Assembly (NCBI GenBank): GCA_965213705.1
Contig: OZ243913.1
Span: forward strand, 2,208,001-2,272,000
Direction of reading: 5' to 3'
From: Trueperaceae bacterium
GTDB taxonomy: Bacteria > Deinococcota > Deinococci > Deinococcales > Trueperaceae
DNA length: 64,000 nucleotides
Every line of letters starts with the position of its first letter. The first letter of the stretch is position 1. The notes under the pieces were generated by a model that had not been told where the DNA came from, ran no database searches, and was given only the letters and a program-made list of their open reading frames with translations. This document shows positions 29,917-39,325 of this stretch, one piece after another. The position numbers and the translations under genes were made by a program.

Positions 29917-31272
29917 TTAATGAATGTCAATGTCGTGCTCGTCGCGGTAGCGCTTCATCGCGTCCCACTCTACGGTCACTTCGGGCCGCTCCCGCGTAAT
30001 CTCGCCCCAGGTTGTGTGCGGAATGTCAGGCGGCACCTCAATCATGCTGATACAGCCGTCCACCGGACACACCAGCGAACAGAGGTTGCAGCCGACGCAG
30101 TCGTCCTCGCGCACCACCGGCTGCGGTTTCACAAAGCCCGTGTAGAGCGCCGGGTCGATTTTCACGCCGTCCACGCTCAGGTCGATGCACTGGTGCGCGC
30201 CCTCGTCGCAGGCCACGTAGCAGAGGTTGCAGTGAATGCACTTCGCCTCGTCGATGCGCGCCACGACTTTGTAAGCGAGGTCGAGTTCGTTGAACGACGA
30301 ATAGCGCGGCGCGCTGGCCCCGATAATCTCCGTGACCGAGGCCGCGCCCTTTTCGTCGAGCCAGTTCGACAATCCGTCGGTGAGGTCGTCGATGAGCCGG
30401 AAACCGTAGTGCATCACAGCGGTGCAAACCTGCAAGCTCGTCGCGCCGAGGAGCAAAAACTCCGCCGCGTCCCGCCAGGTCTGGATGCCGCCCATGCCCG
30501 AAACGGGAATTCGGAAGTCGCTCGTCTCGGGCAACTGCATCGTCTCGGAGAGCATACTGAGCGCGATGGGTTTGACCGCCGGCCCCGCGTAGCCGCCGTG
30601 CCCGCCCTTGCCGCCGACGTTGGGCCGCAGTTGAAACGAGTCCAAGTCCACCCCGACGACCGAGTTTATGGTGTTGATGAGGCTGAGCGCGTGGGCCTTG
30701 CCGTCGATGGCGGCCCTTGCCGGCTTCTTAATATCCGTGATGTTCGGCGTGAGCTTCACGATGACCGGAATTTGGGCGACGCTCGTCACCCACTCGGTAA
30801 TCATGGTGCAGTATTCGGGCACCTGCCCGACCGCCGAGCCCATGCCGCGCTCGCTCATGCCGTGCGGACAGCCGTAATTCAGTTCGATGGCGTCCGCGCC
30901 GGTATCCTCGATACGCCGCACCGCGTCTTGCCAGACTTGCGGGTCGGACTCGAACATCGCCGAGACGACCAGCACGCGCTCGGGCCAGAGGCGCTTGACC
31001 TCGGCGATTTCGCGCAGGTTAGTTTCCAAGGGTCTATCGGAAATCAGTTCGATGTTGTTGATGGCGGCGAGCTTGTTGCCGTTATATTCCCAGCCGCCGT
31101 AGCGCGACGACACGTTTAAGACCGGCGTGCCGATGGTTTTCCAGACCGCGCCGCCCCAGCCGTACTCGAACGCCTTACAAACCTGGTAAGCGCTGTTCGT
31201 CGGCGGGGCCGAGGCGAGCCAGAAGGGGTTGGGTGAGGTGACGCCTGCGAAGTTGATGGATAGGTCGGCCAT
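29917..31272 (-). CDS. preA: NAD-dependent dihydropyrimidine dehydrogenase subunit PreA
   Basis: NPFWLASAPPT, ELNYGCPHGMSERGMG, C-terminal 2x[4Fe-4S] motifs. Confidence 0.95.
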   Translation of the reverse strand: MADLSINFAGVTSPNPFWLASAPPTNSAYQVCKAFEYGWGGAVWKTIGTPVLNVSSRYGGWEYNGNKLAAINNIELISDRPLETNLREIAEVKRLWPERVLVVSAMFESDPQVWQDAVRRIEDTGADAIELNYGCPHGMSERGMGSAVGQVPEYCTMITEWVTSVAQIPVIVKLTPNITDIKKPARAAIDGKAHALSLINTINSVVGVDLDSFQLRPNVGGKGGHGGYAGPAVKPIALSMLSETMQLPETSDFRIPVSGMGGIQTWRDAAEFLLLGATSLQVCTAVMHYGFRLIDDLTDGLSNWLDEKGAASVTEIIGASAPRYSSFNELDLAYKVVARIDEAKCIHCNLCYVACDEGAHQCIDLSVDGVKIDPALYTGFVKPQPVVREDDCVGCNLCSLVCPVDGCISMIEVPPDIPHTTWGEITRERPEVTVEWDAMKRYRDEHDIDIH

Positions 31273-31278
31273 AAAGGA

Positions 31279-31344
31279 GTTGTTAGTTGTTCGTTATTGG
31301 TTGTTCGTCAAAAAACTGAAAACCAAAAACTGAAAACTAAGAAC
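31279..31344. repeat. Heptamer tandem repeats in opposite orientations
   Basis: gttgtta gttgttc gttattg gttgttc, then aaaactg aaaacca aaaactg aaaacta. Confidence 0.7.
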
Positions 31345-31378
31345 GCTCACCTCCTGAGTTGAATGAATAGACCATAAG

Positions 31379-31843
31379 TCAGCCCTCCGGGAAAAAGTCT
31401 TCGTTTAGGATTTGCTCGAGCGTGTATGGGCAGGTTTCGGGAAAGGTCTCGAGACCTAAGCCTGTTTCTTCACTGGCGTCTTGGCTAGCATCTTCGTAAA
31501 CACCGTCGAGAACGGTGAGTACATAGGTTCTCTCGAGGCTCGGACTGTCTTTAAAGACGAGCCTCAACCGACGACGCTGTTCACGGATGGTTGAGCGCCA
31601 ACTGCGTGTGCGCTTGTCAGGTTGAAATTGGAGTTTGAGCAAGTGCATTATCAAAACCGTCAAGCGGTTGTAAGCCTCGCGTTTGTCGCTGCGTCCGATT
31701 GATTCGACCTCCTCGGCTAGGTTTTCCAAGTCGAGTTCGTCCACACGCCCCTGACGCAAAAGTTCCGCCTGCTCCATGAGCCACAGGTAAAAGTCCTCGT
31801 CATAGGGCGTTGCCTTGGGTTGCTCGAGAACTTTGCTGCTCAC
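31379..31843 (-). CDS. DUF29 family protein
   Basis: YDEDFYLW..QAELLR, LDLENLAEEVESIGRS, HLLK, FPETCPY. Confidence 0.92.
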   Translation of the reverse strand: MSSKVLEQPKATPYDEDFYLWLMEQAELLRQGRVDELDLENLAEEVESIGRSDKREAYNRLTVLIMHLLKLQFQPDKRTRSWRSTIREQRRRLRLVFKDSPSLERTYVLTVLDGVYEDASQDASEETGLGLETFPETCPYTLEQILNEDFFPEG

Positions 31844-33222
31844 CTCGAGTCCCCGCTCTTTTCAAGAGCAGACGTTTCGAGCCATGTCTGAATACTCCGC
31901 GCCGCAACCTTGCCGTCTTGCGCCGCCGTCACGGTCATGGCGTCACCGATGAGGCGGACACAGTCGCCGCCCGCGAAGACCTTGGGGTTCGAAGTGCGCA
32001 AACCTTCATCTACTTTGACGTAACCGTTTCGAGTCTCGAGCCCGAACGCTTCATAAAGCGGCGTCAGCTTTTCCTGCCCGATGGCCTTGATAACCTGGTC
32101 GCACTCGAGGACGAACTCGCTGCCCGGCACCGGGATGGGTTGCCGCCGTCCGTCGTCGCCGGGGGAACTCAGCTCCATCCGCAGACATTTCAGGCCCATC
32201 ACTTTGCCGCCCGTTCCGACGATTTCGACCGGCTGCGTCAAGAAGCGGAACTCGACGCCCTCGTTTTTGATGAACGAATATTCAAAATCGTAGGCGGGCA
32301 TCTCTCGGTCGCTGCGCCGGTACACAATCGTGACGCGCGCGCCGAGCCGCTTGGCAATCGTCGCCGCGTCGATGGCCGTGTTGCCCGCGCCGATGACGAC
32401 GACGTGTTTGCCGATGGGCAGGTCTTTCAGGCGCTCCAAGCCTTCTTTTTCGGCCAACTTCGTCGCCGCGATAAACGACAGGGCTTCGGTGACGCCGAGC
32501 AAGTCCTCACCGGGCACGCGCAGGTCGGGCACCGCACCCATGCCCGCGCTCACGAACACGGCGTCGTAGCCGTTCAGCAGGGCGTCGGCGGATAAGTCCA
32601 CGCCGACCTGGAGGTTTGTCTTGATGTCCACGCCGAGCTTTTTGACGAACTCGACCTCTTCCAAAGCGACCCGCACGGGCTCGCGCATCACCACGATTCC
32701 GTAAGTGGACAAACCGCCCGGCAGGTCGTTTTTCTCAAAGACGGTCACTTCGAAGCCGAGCTTGGCGAGTTCGCCCGCGCAGGTCAGCCCCGCCGGACCC
32801 GCCCCGACGACGGCGACTTTGTAACCGTTTTTTTCGGCAGGCGTAAACGGCATGATGTCGCGGCCGTAGATGTGGTCGGTCGCGTAGCGCTGCAAGCGGC
32901 CGATTTCGATGGGTTTGCGGTTTTCTTCGTTCAGCACGCACGCGCCCTCGCAGAGTTCTTCGACCGGACACACTCTCGCGCAGGTCGCGCCCATGAGGTT
33001 GGCACTCAGAATCGTCACGCCCGCGCCGGTCACGTTGTCGGTCGAAATCTTGCGGATGAAGGTTGGCACGTCGATGTGGGTGGGGCAAGCCTTGATGCAG
33101 GGCGCGTCGAAGCAGTACAGGCAGCGGTTCGCCTCGACTCGAGCCTCGTTTTTCGACATCGGCGGCGCGAGTTCGGTAAAGCGTTCGCGGAGTTCGTCCA
33201 GGGGTAAATCGGTCGGGGTCAT
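31840..33222 (-). CDS. preT: Dihydropyrimidine dehydrogenase subunit PreT (GltD-like)
   Basis: RCLYCFDAPC..ACPT, CARVCP..LCEGAC, GAGPAGL, GAGNTAIDAA. Confidence 0.9.
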   Translation of the reverse strand: MTPTDLPLDELRERFTELAPPMSKNEARVEANRCLYCFDAPCIKACPTHIDVPTFIRKISTDNVTGAGVTILSANLMGATCARVCPVEELCEGACVLNEENRKPIEIGRLQRYATDHIYGRDIMPFTPAEKNGYKVAVVGAGPAGLTCAGELAKLGFEVTVFEKNDLPGGLSTYGIVVMREPVRVALEEVEFVKKLGVDIKTNLQVGVDLSADALLNGYDAVFVSAGMGAVPDLRVPGEDLLGVTEALSFIAATKLAEKEGLERLKDLPIGKHVVVIGAGNTAIDAATIAKRLGARVTIVYRRSDREMPAYDFEYSFIKNEGVEFRFLTQPVEIVGTGGKVMGLKCLRMELSSPGDDGRRQPIPVPGSEFVLECDQVIKAIGQEKLTPLYEAFGLETRNGYVKVDEGLRTSNPKVFAGGDCVRLIGDAMTVTAAQDGKVAARSIQTWLETSALEKSGDSR

Positions 33223-33342
33223 AAGTTCCTTTAGGTCGCCGCTGAGATGGTTTGACGCCGTTCTCACTCTCGAGATGTCGCTCTGTACGGGTTCGCGGCG
33301 GTCTGGTCGGGAGCGGTCGGCTGAGCTTTTTTCGTAAAAACA

Positions 33343-33371
33343 AGTATACGTTCGGTTGCCGACCCTGTAAA
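33343..33371 (-). promoter_or_regulatory. Sigma70-type promoter for the preT cluster
   Basis: TTTACA (33371-33366), 17 nt, TATACT (33348-33343). Confidence 0.65.
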
Positions 33372-33389
33372 GGCAACCTGAAACTCACG

Positions 33390-33433
33390 CGGCCCTTGAA
33401 GCGTTTCTCGAGCGAGAAACGCTTCAAGGGCCG
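33390..33433. repeat. 21-bp perfect inverted repeat
   Basis: cggcccttgaagcgtttctcg-ag-cgagaaacgcttcaagggccg. Confidence 0.85.
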
Positions 33434-33544
33434 GATAGGGGAGAGCCGCGACGCCCCCGGACAAACCCAGCGGGGCAGCCACAACCCGACCGACGAACAC
33501 CCGATTTCAACGCCCGCCGAAAACTGGGGCTTGTCCAAAAATCC

Positions 33545-36500
33545 TCAAACCCCGACGTGCGGCGATTTTCCTTTCGCGAGGGCGTCGTTGAAGGCGGCTA
33601 CGTCTGTTGCGACAAGGTCGTCGAAGCGCTCGAGCTGTTCGTCAATCCGCCCTGAAAAGTCCTCAAACGCCTCCCACGCTTGGTCGGTCGGTTTGTAGTT
33701 GCCGGTGCTGACGACTGGAATGAGGTTGGCGAGTTTCGCCAGCAAGCGCACGCCGCTGTTGTTCGTGTCGCCCCAGCCGGGGCGCAGGTCGGGGACGGCA
33801 AGCTGTTTTTCGATGTCCAAGACTTTATCTTTCAAGCTCAAAGCCGCCGCGGCCGTTTCGTCCTCACGTTTAGTCCACGGCTCGAGCTGATTTCGCAGAC
33901 TGCGCATCCGGTTGATGGCGGTGACGGTGTGCTCGAGCTTGTGGTTGATTTTTTGCCACAACTCGAACTGGGCCGCCAGGTCGTGCTCGGCGACCTCACC
34001 CGCCATCGGGTCGGGGACGACGTTGAACGTCTCGCTGAGTTCGTTGCCGTTTACTCTCAGAGTCACCGTGTAACGGCCCGGCGCGACGAGCGGGCCGGGG
34101 ATGAGCGTGTCGGCGGCGAGGTCGCTCCCTTCCAACTTACTTATCTTGGGGTAGCGCATGTCCCAAACGAAGCGGTTCCAACCTTGCCGCGCCGGAATAC
34201 CGACTTCTAAATGCTTGTCGGTTTTGATTTTTTCGCGGTCCTCGTCACCGAAGCTTACGAACTCGCGCACGGTGTCGCCGTTCTCATTTGTAACCTTGAG
34301 GCTGATTTTCTCCTGCGGCTCTTTGAGGTAGTAGGTAAAAATCGCCCCTTTGGGCGGGTTGTCGCCCGAGTCGAGGTAGGTGGCGACGAGGCCGCCTTCG
34401 GGAATCTTGTCCTCGGTAAACGCGGCGACGACGCCAAGCGAGCCCATGTAGTTCTTGCCGGGCGCGCCCTTGAACGCGCCTTCGAAAATCGTCGGCAGGA
34501 TGCGGGCGCTGTCCCTGGGTTTGAAGAGGTGGGCGTCTTGCTCTAAAAGGCTGTCTTTGTACTGATAAAGCGGCGTCAGGTCGTCGAGAATCCAGAACGA
34601 GCGCCCGTGCGTCGCCACGACGAGGTCTGCGTCTTTGACTTTGAAATCGTACACGGGTGTGACCGGCAAGTTGAGTTGAAAACGCTGCCAGTTTTCGCCG
34701 CCGTCGAAGGACAGGTACAGGCCCGTTTCCGTGCCGACGTAGAGCAAACCTTCCCGGTTCGGGTCTTCGCGAATCGCGCGGGTAAAGTCCGTCCGGGGGA
34801 TGCCTGTGTCGATGCGCTGCCAGCTCTCGCCGTAGTCGGTCGTTTTGAACAGGTACGGCGTGTAGTCGTCAAGCTTGTACTTCGTCGCGGCCAAATAAAC
34901 GGTCGCCGGACTGTGAGGGGAGGTCTCGAGCATACTCACGAGCGACCACTCGGGCAGGTCTTTGGGGGTGACGTCGTCCCACGTTTCGCCCCCGTCGCGG
35001 CTCAGGTGAACGAGCCCGTCGTCGCTGCCCGCCCAGAGCACGCCCGCTTCATGTGGCGATTCGGCGAGGGCGAAGACGGTCGCGTAGGTCTCCGCGCCGA
35101 CCGCGTCCTTGTTGACCGGCCCGCCCGTGGCTTGCAGCTTGTCCGGGTCGGCCCGTGTCAGGTCGGGGCTAACCATGTCCCAGTTCTGGCCCTCGTTGCT
35201 GCTCTTGAACACGTGGTTGCCGCCGATGTAAACGGTGTTAGGCGCGTGTTTGGAGTAAAAAATCGGATACGTCCAGCCGAAGCGGTACTTGTGTTCCCCC
35301 GCGCCGTAGCCGGTCATGGTTTCGGGCCAGGTGGTGACGAGGCGGATTTGCTTCGTGCGGTGGTCGTAGCGTTGGAGCGAGTTGCCGCCGCCCGGCGAAC
35401 TGCCGACCGCGCCGACGAAAACGATGCTCGGGTCGTCGGGCTTCGCGGCGATGTAACCGCTCTCGCCCGTCCCGGCGATGTAGCAGTCCTGCCAGGTAAT
35501 CGACTGGCCCGGACTGCGGCTCGGCACGCTGACGCTGCTGTTGTCCTGCTGCGTACCAAGGACGCGGTAAGGCTTTTGGGTGTCCACGTCGAGGTGGTAG
35601 AACTGCGCGGTCGGCTGGTTGTACAGCGTCGTCCAACTGTCGCCGCCGTTGAACGACACACACGCGCCGCCGTCGTTGCCCTGCACCATGCGCCGCGGGT
35701 TTTTGGGGTCAATCCACAGGTCGTGGTTGTCGCCGTGGGGCGTGCCGATTTCCGTAAAGGTGCGGCCCCCGTCGGTCGACTTCCAAAAGTCTAAGTTGTT
35801 GACATAAACCGTGTCCGCGTCTTGCGGGTCGGCGGTGAGGTGCATGTAGTACCAGGCTCGAGAGATAAGCCGTTGGTCGTCGCTGACGTACTCCCAGGTC
35901 TCGCCGTAGTCGTCCGAACGGTACAGCCCACCCTTGTCGCGGTGCTCGACGAGCGCCCACACCCGGCCACTTTTGGCAGGCGAGGCCGCCACGCCCATCT
36001 TGCCGAGGATGCCTTTGGGCAGACCGGGCGCGCGGGTGAGTTCGGTCCAGGTCTCGCCGCCGTCGACCGACTTGTAGAGGCTGCTGTCTTCGCCGCCGCT
36101 CGAGATTTGCCAAAAGTTGCGGTACGCCTCCCAAATCGTTGCGTAAAGAATGCGCGGGTTTTGGATGTCGATGCTCAGGTCGACCGCGCCCGCTTTGTCG
36201 CTGCGGTAAAGAACCTGTTTCCAGGTCTCGCCGCCGTCGGTCGACTTATAAACGCCGCGTTCACGGTTCGGGCCGAAGGCGTGGCCGAGCGCCGCCACGT
36301 ACACCGTGTCGGGGTCGTGCGGGTGAATCCGAACCTTGCCGATAAAGCGGGTGTCTTCCAGCCCCAGGTGCCGCCAGGTTCTACCCGCGTCGGTGGACTT
36401 GTAAACGCCGTCGCCGTGCGACACGTCGATGCGAATCGTCGTCTCGCCCATGCCCGCGTAAATGACGTTCGGGTCGCTTTCCGACACGGCGAGCGCGCCG

Positions 36501-36700
36501 ACCGCGGCGGTGTTGAAAAAGCCGTCCGAGACGTTTTCCCAGTAAATCCCGGCGTCAACTGTTTTCCAGACGCCGCCCGCGCAGGCTCCAAAGTAAAAGG
36601 TGCTCATGTCTCTCACATCACCCGCCACAGCGACGACGCGCCCGCCGCGGAACGGGCCGATGCAGCGCCACTTCAAAAGACCGTCGAAAGTTTCAGGCAT
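33545..36700 (-). CDS. VPS10/BNR (Asp-box) repeat beta-propeller glycosyl-hydrolase-like protein
   Basis: WRCIGPFRGGR, many S.DGG.TW Asp-boxes, ATHGRSFWILDD; no signal peptide. Confidence 0.88.
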   Translation of the reverse strand: MPETFDGLLKWRCIGPFRGGRVVAVAGDVRDMSTFYFGACAGGVWKTVDAGIYWENVSDGFFNTAAVGALAVSESDPNVIYAGMGETTIRIDVSHGDGVYKSTDAGRTWRHLGLEDTRFIGKVRIHPHDPDTVYVAALGHAFGPNRERGVYKSTDGGETWKQVLYRSDKAGAVDLSIDIQNPRILYATIWEAYRNFWQISSGGEDSSLYKSVDGGETWTELTRAPGLPKGILGKMGVAASPAKSGRVWALVEHRDKGGLYRSDDYGETWEYVSDDQRLISRAWYYMHLTADPQDADTVYVNNLDFWKSTDGGRTFTEIGTPHGDNHDLWIDPKNPRRMVQGNDGGACVSFNGGDSWTTLYNQPTAQFYHLDVDTQKPYRVLGTQQDNSSVSVPSRSPGQSITWQDCYIAGTGESGYIAAKPDDPSIVFVGAVGSSPGGGNSLQRYDHRTKQIRLVTTWPETMTGYGAGEHKYRFGWTYPIFYSKHAPNTVYIGGNHVFKSSNEGQNWDMVSPDLTRADPDKLQATGGPVNKDAVGAETYATVFALAESPHEAGVLWAGSDDGLVHLSRDGGETWDDVTPKDLPEWSLVSMLETSPHSPATVYLAATKYKLDDYTPYLFKTTDYGESWQRIDTGIPRTDFTRAIREDPNREGLLYVGTETGLYLSFDGGENWQRFQLNLPVTPVYDFKVKDADLVVATHGRSFWILDDLTPLYQYKDSLLEQDAHLFKPRDSARILPTIFEGAFKGAPGKNYMGSLGVVAAFTEDKIPEGGLVATYLDSGDNPPKGAIFTYYLKEPQEKISLKVTNENGDTVREFVSFGDEDREKIKTDKHLEVGIPARQGWNRFVWDMRYPKISKLEGSDLAADTLIPGPLVAPGRYTVTLRVNGNELSETFNVVPDPMAGEVAEHDLAAQFELWQKINHKLEHTVTAINRMRSLRNQLEPWTKREDETAAAALSLKDKVLDIEKQLAVPDLRPGWGDTNNSGVRLLAKLANLIPVVSTGNYKPTDQAWEAFEDFSGRIDEQLERFDDLVATDVAAFNDALAKGKSPHVGV

Positions 36701-36975
36701 GGTTTTCCCTTCGGCTCGAGCTTCGGTCCGCCTTGCCCCACCGAGTTGCCGGACCTGGTTGCTGAATACTACCTCAAAATGTAGCAGACTGGCCTCGGAG
36801 CTTCGGTCGGCTCGAGTTCGCCTTGACCCACCGGGTTTGTTCCGGTGCGTCGGGTGGCTGCCTCCGGCACCCGCTCCAAAGCCTCGTCTTCTACCTCAAG
36901 GCCTTCTGCTTTGGGTTCTTCCGCGACGCGAGCGAGATGCACGCTGTCGGGTTGAAACTATGAAATACTAATGAG

Positions 36976-39300
36976 ATGACCGACAAACCCGACCTAAAAC
37001 CTACCGGCGAACCTGGACCGGGGGACAAGCACGTTGCGCCCGTATCGGCGGGCGGGCTCGAGGCCGAAGCGCCGAAGGACGTTCAGCAGCAGGTCGAAGA
37101 ACACGAAGCGGAACGCTCGCAGAAGTTTGGCACCTTCGGCGGCGTGTTCACGCCGACGCTGCTCACCATCCTCGGCGTCATTATGTACCTGCGCGAAGGC
37201 TGGGTCGTGGGCAACGCCGGCTTAGGCGGGGCGCTGCTCATCATCTTGCTGTCGTTCGCCATCACCGGCGCGACGGGCTTGTCGATGGCGACGTTTGTAA
37301 CCAACATCCGCGTCGGTCCGGGCGGCGCGTTCTCGATGATCGCGCAGTCGCTGGGCTTGGAAGCGGGCGGCGCGATTGGCGCGCCGCTGTACGTCGCGCA
37401 GGCCCTCGCCGTGGTGATGTACATTTTCGGCTTCCGCGAGGGTTACTTGTGGGCCGCGGACGCCTGGGGGATTCCGGCGCTGTCACCGCTCGCTATCGAC
37501 CTGCTCATCTTCGCGGTGATTTTCGGTATCACGATGGTCAGTACGGGCCTGGCCTTCAAAATTCAGTACGTGATTTTAGCTATCATCATCGTCTCGCTCG
37601 TTTCGGTCGGCATCACCGCGTTTACGAATCCGCTCGACAACCCTATCGTGTGGTGGGGCGACTTTCGCGGCAGCCCGGAAAGCGGCTTTTCCGGCGTGAG
37701 CTTTTGGGCCGTCTTTGCGGTGTACTTTCCCGCGGCGACCGGAATTATGGCTGGTGCCAACCTGTCAGGCGACCTCAAGGACCCGCGTAAGTCGATTCCC
37801 ATCGGCACCCTGAGCGCTATCGCACTCAGCCTCGTCGTCTACCTGGCGCTGGCCTACTGGCTGATGCGGGCGGCGACGGTGGACGAGTTAACCCAGAACT
37901 ACACTATCATGATTGACCGCGCCTTTTGGGGGCCGGCCGTCCTCGGCGGTCTGCTGGCCGCGACCTTTTCCTCGGCGCTGGCGTCGTTCGTCGGGGCACC
38001 CCGGATTCTCGAGGCCCTGGGCAGTCACAGCATTGCGCCCGCGTCGGCCTGGCTCGCAAGGCGCACCCGCAAGGGCGAGCCGCGCAACGCGACCTTCGTC
38101 ACCGCAATCATCGTCTTAGCAGCCATCATGCTCCGCGACTTGAACGCCATCGCGCCGCTGGTAGCGATGATTTTTCTCCTCACCTACGCGACCATCAACC
38201 TCGTCGTGGCGACCGAGCAAAGTTTGCGGCTGATAAGCTTCCGCCCGCTGCTGCGCGTGCCGAAGGTGGTACCGCTGCTCGGCCTGGCGGGCTGTTTGTT
38301 TGCGATGTTCATCATCAATCCTACCTTCAGCCTCATCGCGGTGGGCGTGGTGGTGGCGCTTTATTACCTGCTGATGAAGCGGCGCTTGACGGCCCCCGGC
38401 GGCGACGTGCGCAGCGGCCTGTTTACCGCGCTGGCCGAATGGGGTGCCAAGCAGGTCAAGCTGTCCCAGGGCACCACCGAACGGGCCTGGAAGCCCAACC
38501 TCCTGCTGCCGGTGGAAGACCCGCAACGGTTGCGGGGGTCGTTCGAGCTGGTCGAGCAACTGGCGTATCCGATGGGCTCTGTTAAGCTGCTCGGCATCGC
38601 GCCCGCCGCCCGCATCGACGACCTTCAAAAACGTCTGCTGGACGCGCAACAAGCGTTTACGGACGCAGGGGTTTTCACCTCCTCGAGCGTGATGGAAACC
38701 GACCGCTTCCCCGACGACGTGCGCGTCGGGATGCAGGCGCTGGCGGGTTCGTTTTTCCGGCCTAATTTACTTTTCCTCGAGCTTCCCAAAGGCACAGAAA
38801 CCCACGAATCGCTGCAGCGCGTGATTCGTGAAGCGAAGCGTCAGCGCATGGGCGTCGCGCTGTTCGTGCAGCACGAAACGTCCGGCTTGGGACGGCGCAA
38901 GCGCATCAACCTGTGGATTCCCGACCAGGGCCCCGACTGGACGCTGGAGATGGAGTTCAAAGACCTCGACCTAGCCATCCTGCTGGCCTACCGGATGCTG
39001 GACAGCTGGGACGGTGCGAAGCTCACCGTCATCGCGGCGGTCGAAAAAGAAGCCGACAAAGACAAAGCCACGACGTTTCTCGCCCGCTTGACAGACCTCG
39101 CCCGGCTGCCGGCCGACACGGCGGCGCACATTGCCGACGGCAACTTCGGTCGGTACGCCAGCAGCGCCCCCGAAGCCGACCTGAACGTGTTTCCCCTGCC
39201 GGCGGACCTCGACGCGGACTTTTTGTGGAGTCTTCGCGACGCCACGGGCTCGTCGTGTCTGTTCACGCAGGACAGCGGCGACGAGAGCGCGCTGGCCTAG
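36976..39300 (+). CDS. Cation-chloride cotransporter (SLC12/CCC-like APC permease)
   Basis: FGTFGGVFTP..LTILGVIMYLR, YFPAATGIMAG, IPIGTL, WKPNLL C-terminal domain. Confidence 0.88.
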   Translation: MTDKPDLKPTGEPGPGDKHVAPVSAGGLEAEAPKDVQQQVEEHEAERSQKFGTFGGVFTPTLLTILGVIMYLREGWVVGNAGLGGALLIILLSFAITGATGLSMATFVTNIRVGPGGAFSMIAQSLGLEAGGAIGAPLYVAQALAVVMYIFGFREGYLWAADAWGIPALSPLAIDLLIFAVIFGITMVSTGLAFKIQYVILAIIIVSLVSVGITAFTNPLDNPIVWWGDFRGSPESGFSGVSFWAVFAVYFPAATGIMAGANLSGDLKDPRKSIPIGTLSAIALSLVVYLALAYWLMRAATVDELTQNYTIMIDRAFWGPAVLGGLLAATFSSALASFVGAPRILEALGSHSIAPASAWLARRTRKGEPRNATFVTAIIVLAAIMLRDLNAIAPLVAMIFLLTYATINLVVATEQSLRLISFRPLLRVPKVVPLLGLAGCLFAMFIINPTFSLIAVGVVVALYYLLMKRRLTAPGGDVRSGLFTALAEWGAKQVKLSQGTTERAWKPNLLLPVEDPQRLRGSFELVEQLAYPMGSVKLLGIAPAARIDDLQKRLLDAQQAFTDAGVFTSSSVMETDRFPDDVRVGMQALAGSFFRPNLLFLELPKGTETHESLQRVIREAKRQRMGVALFVQHETSGLGRRKRINLWIPDQGPDWTLEMEFKDLDLAILLAYRMLDSWDGAKLTVIAAVEKEADKDKATTFLARLTDLARLPADTAAHIADGNFGRYASSAPEADLNVFPLPADLDADFLWSLRDATGSSCLFTQDSGDESALA

Positions 39301-39325
39301 CACCGGCTGGGAGGCTCAGACTGCT

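Noticed and set aside
29920..36784. Long antisense ORFs (e.g. 29920..31119, 34607..35794, 35822..36784)
   Set aside because: Shadow frames of high-GC genes with no recognisable motifs
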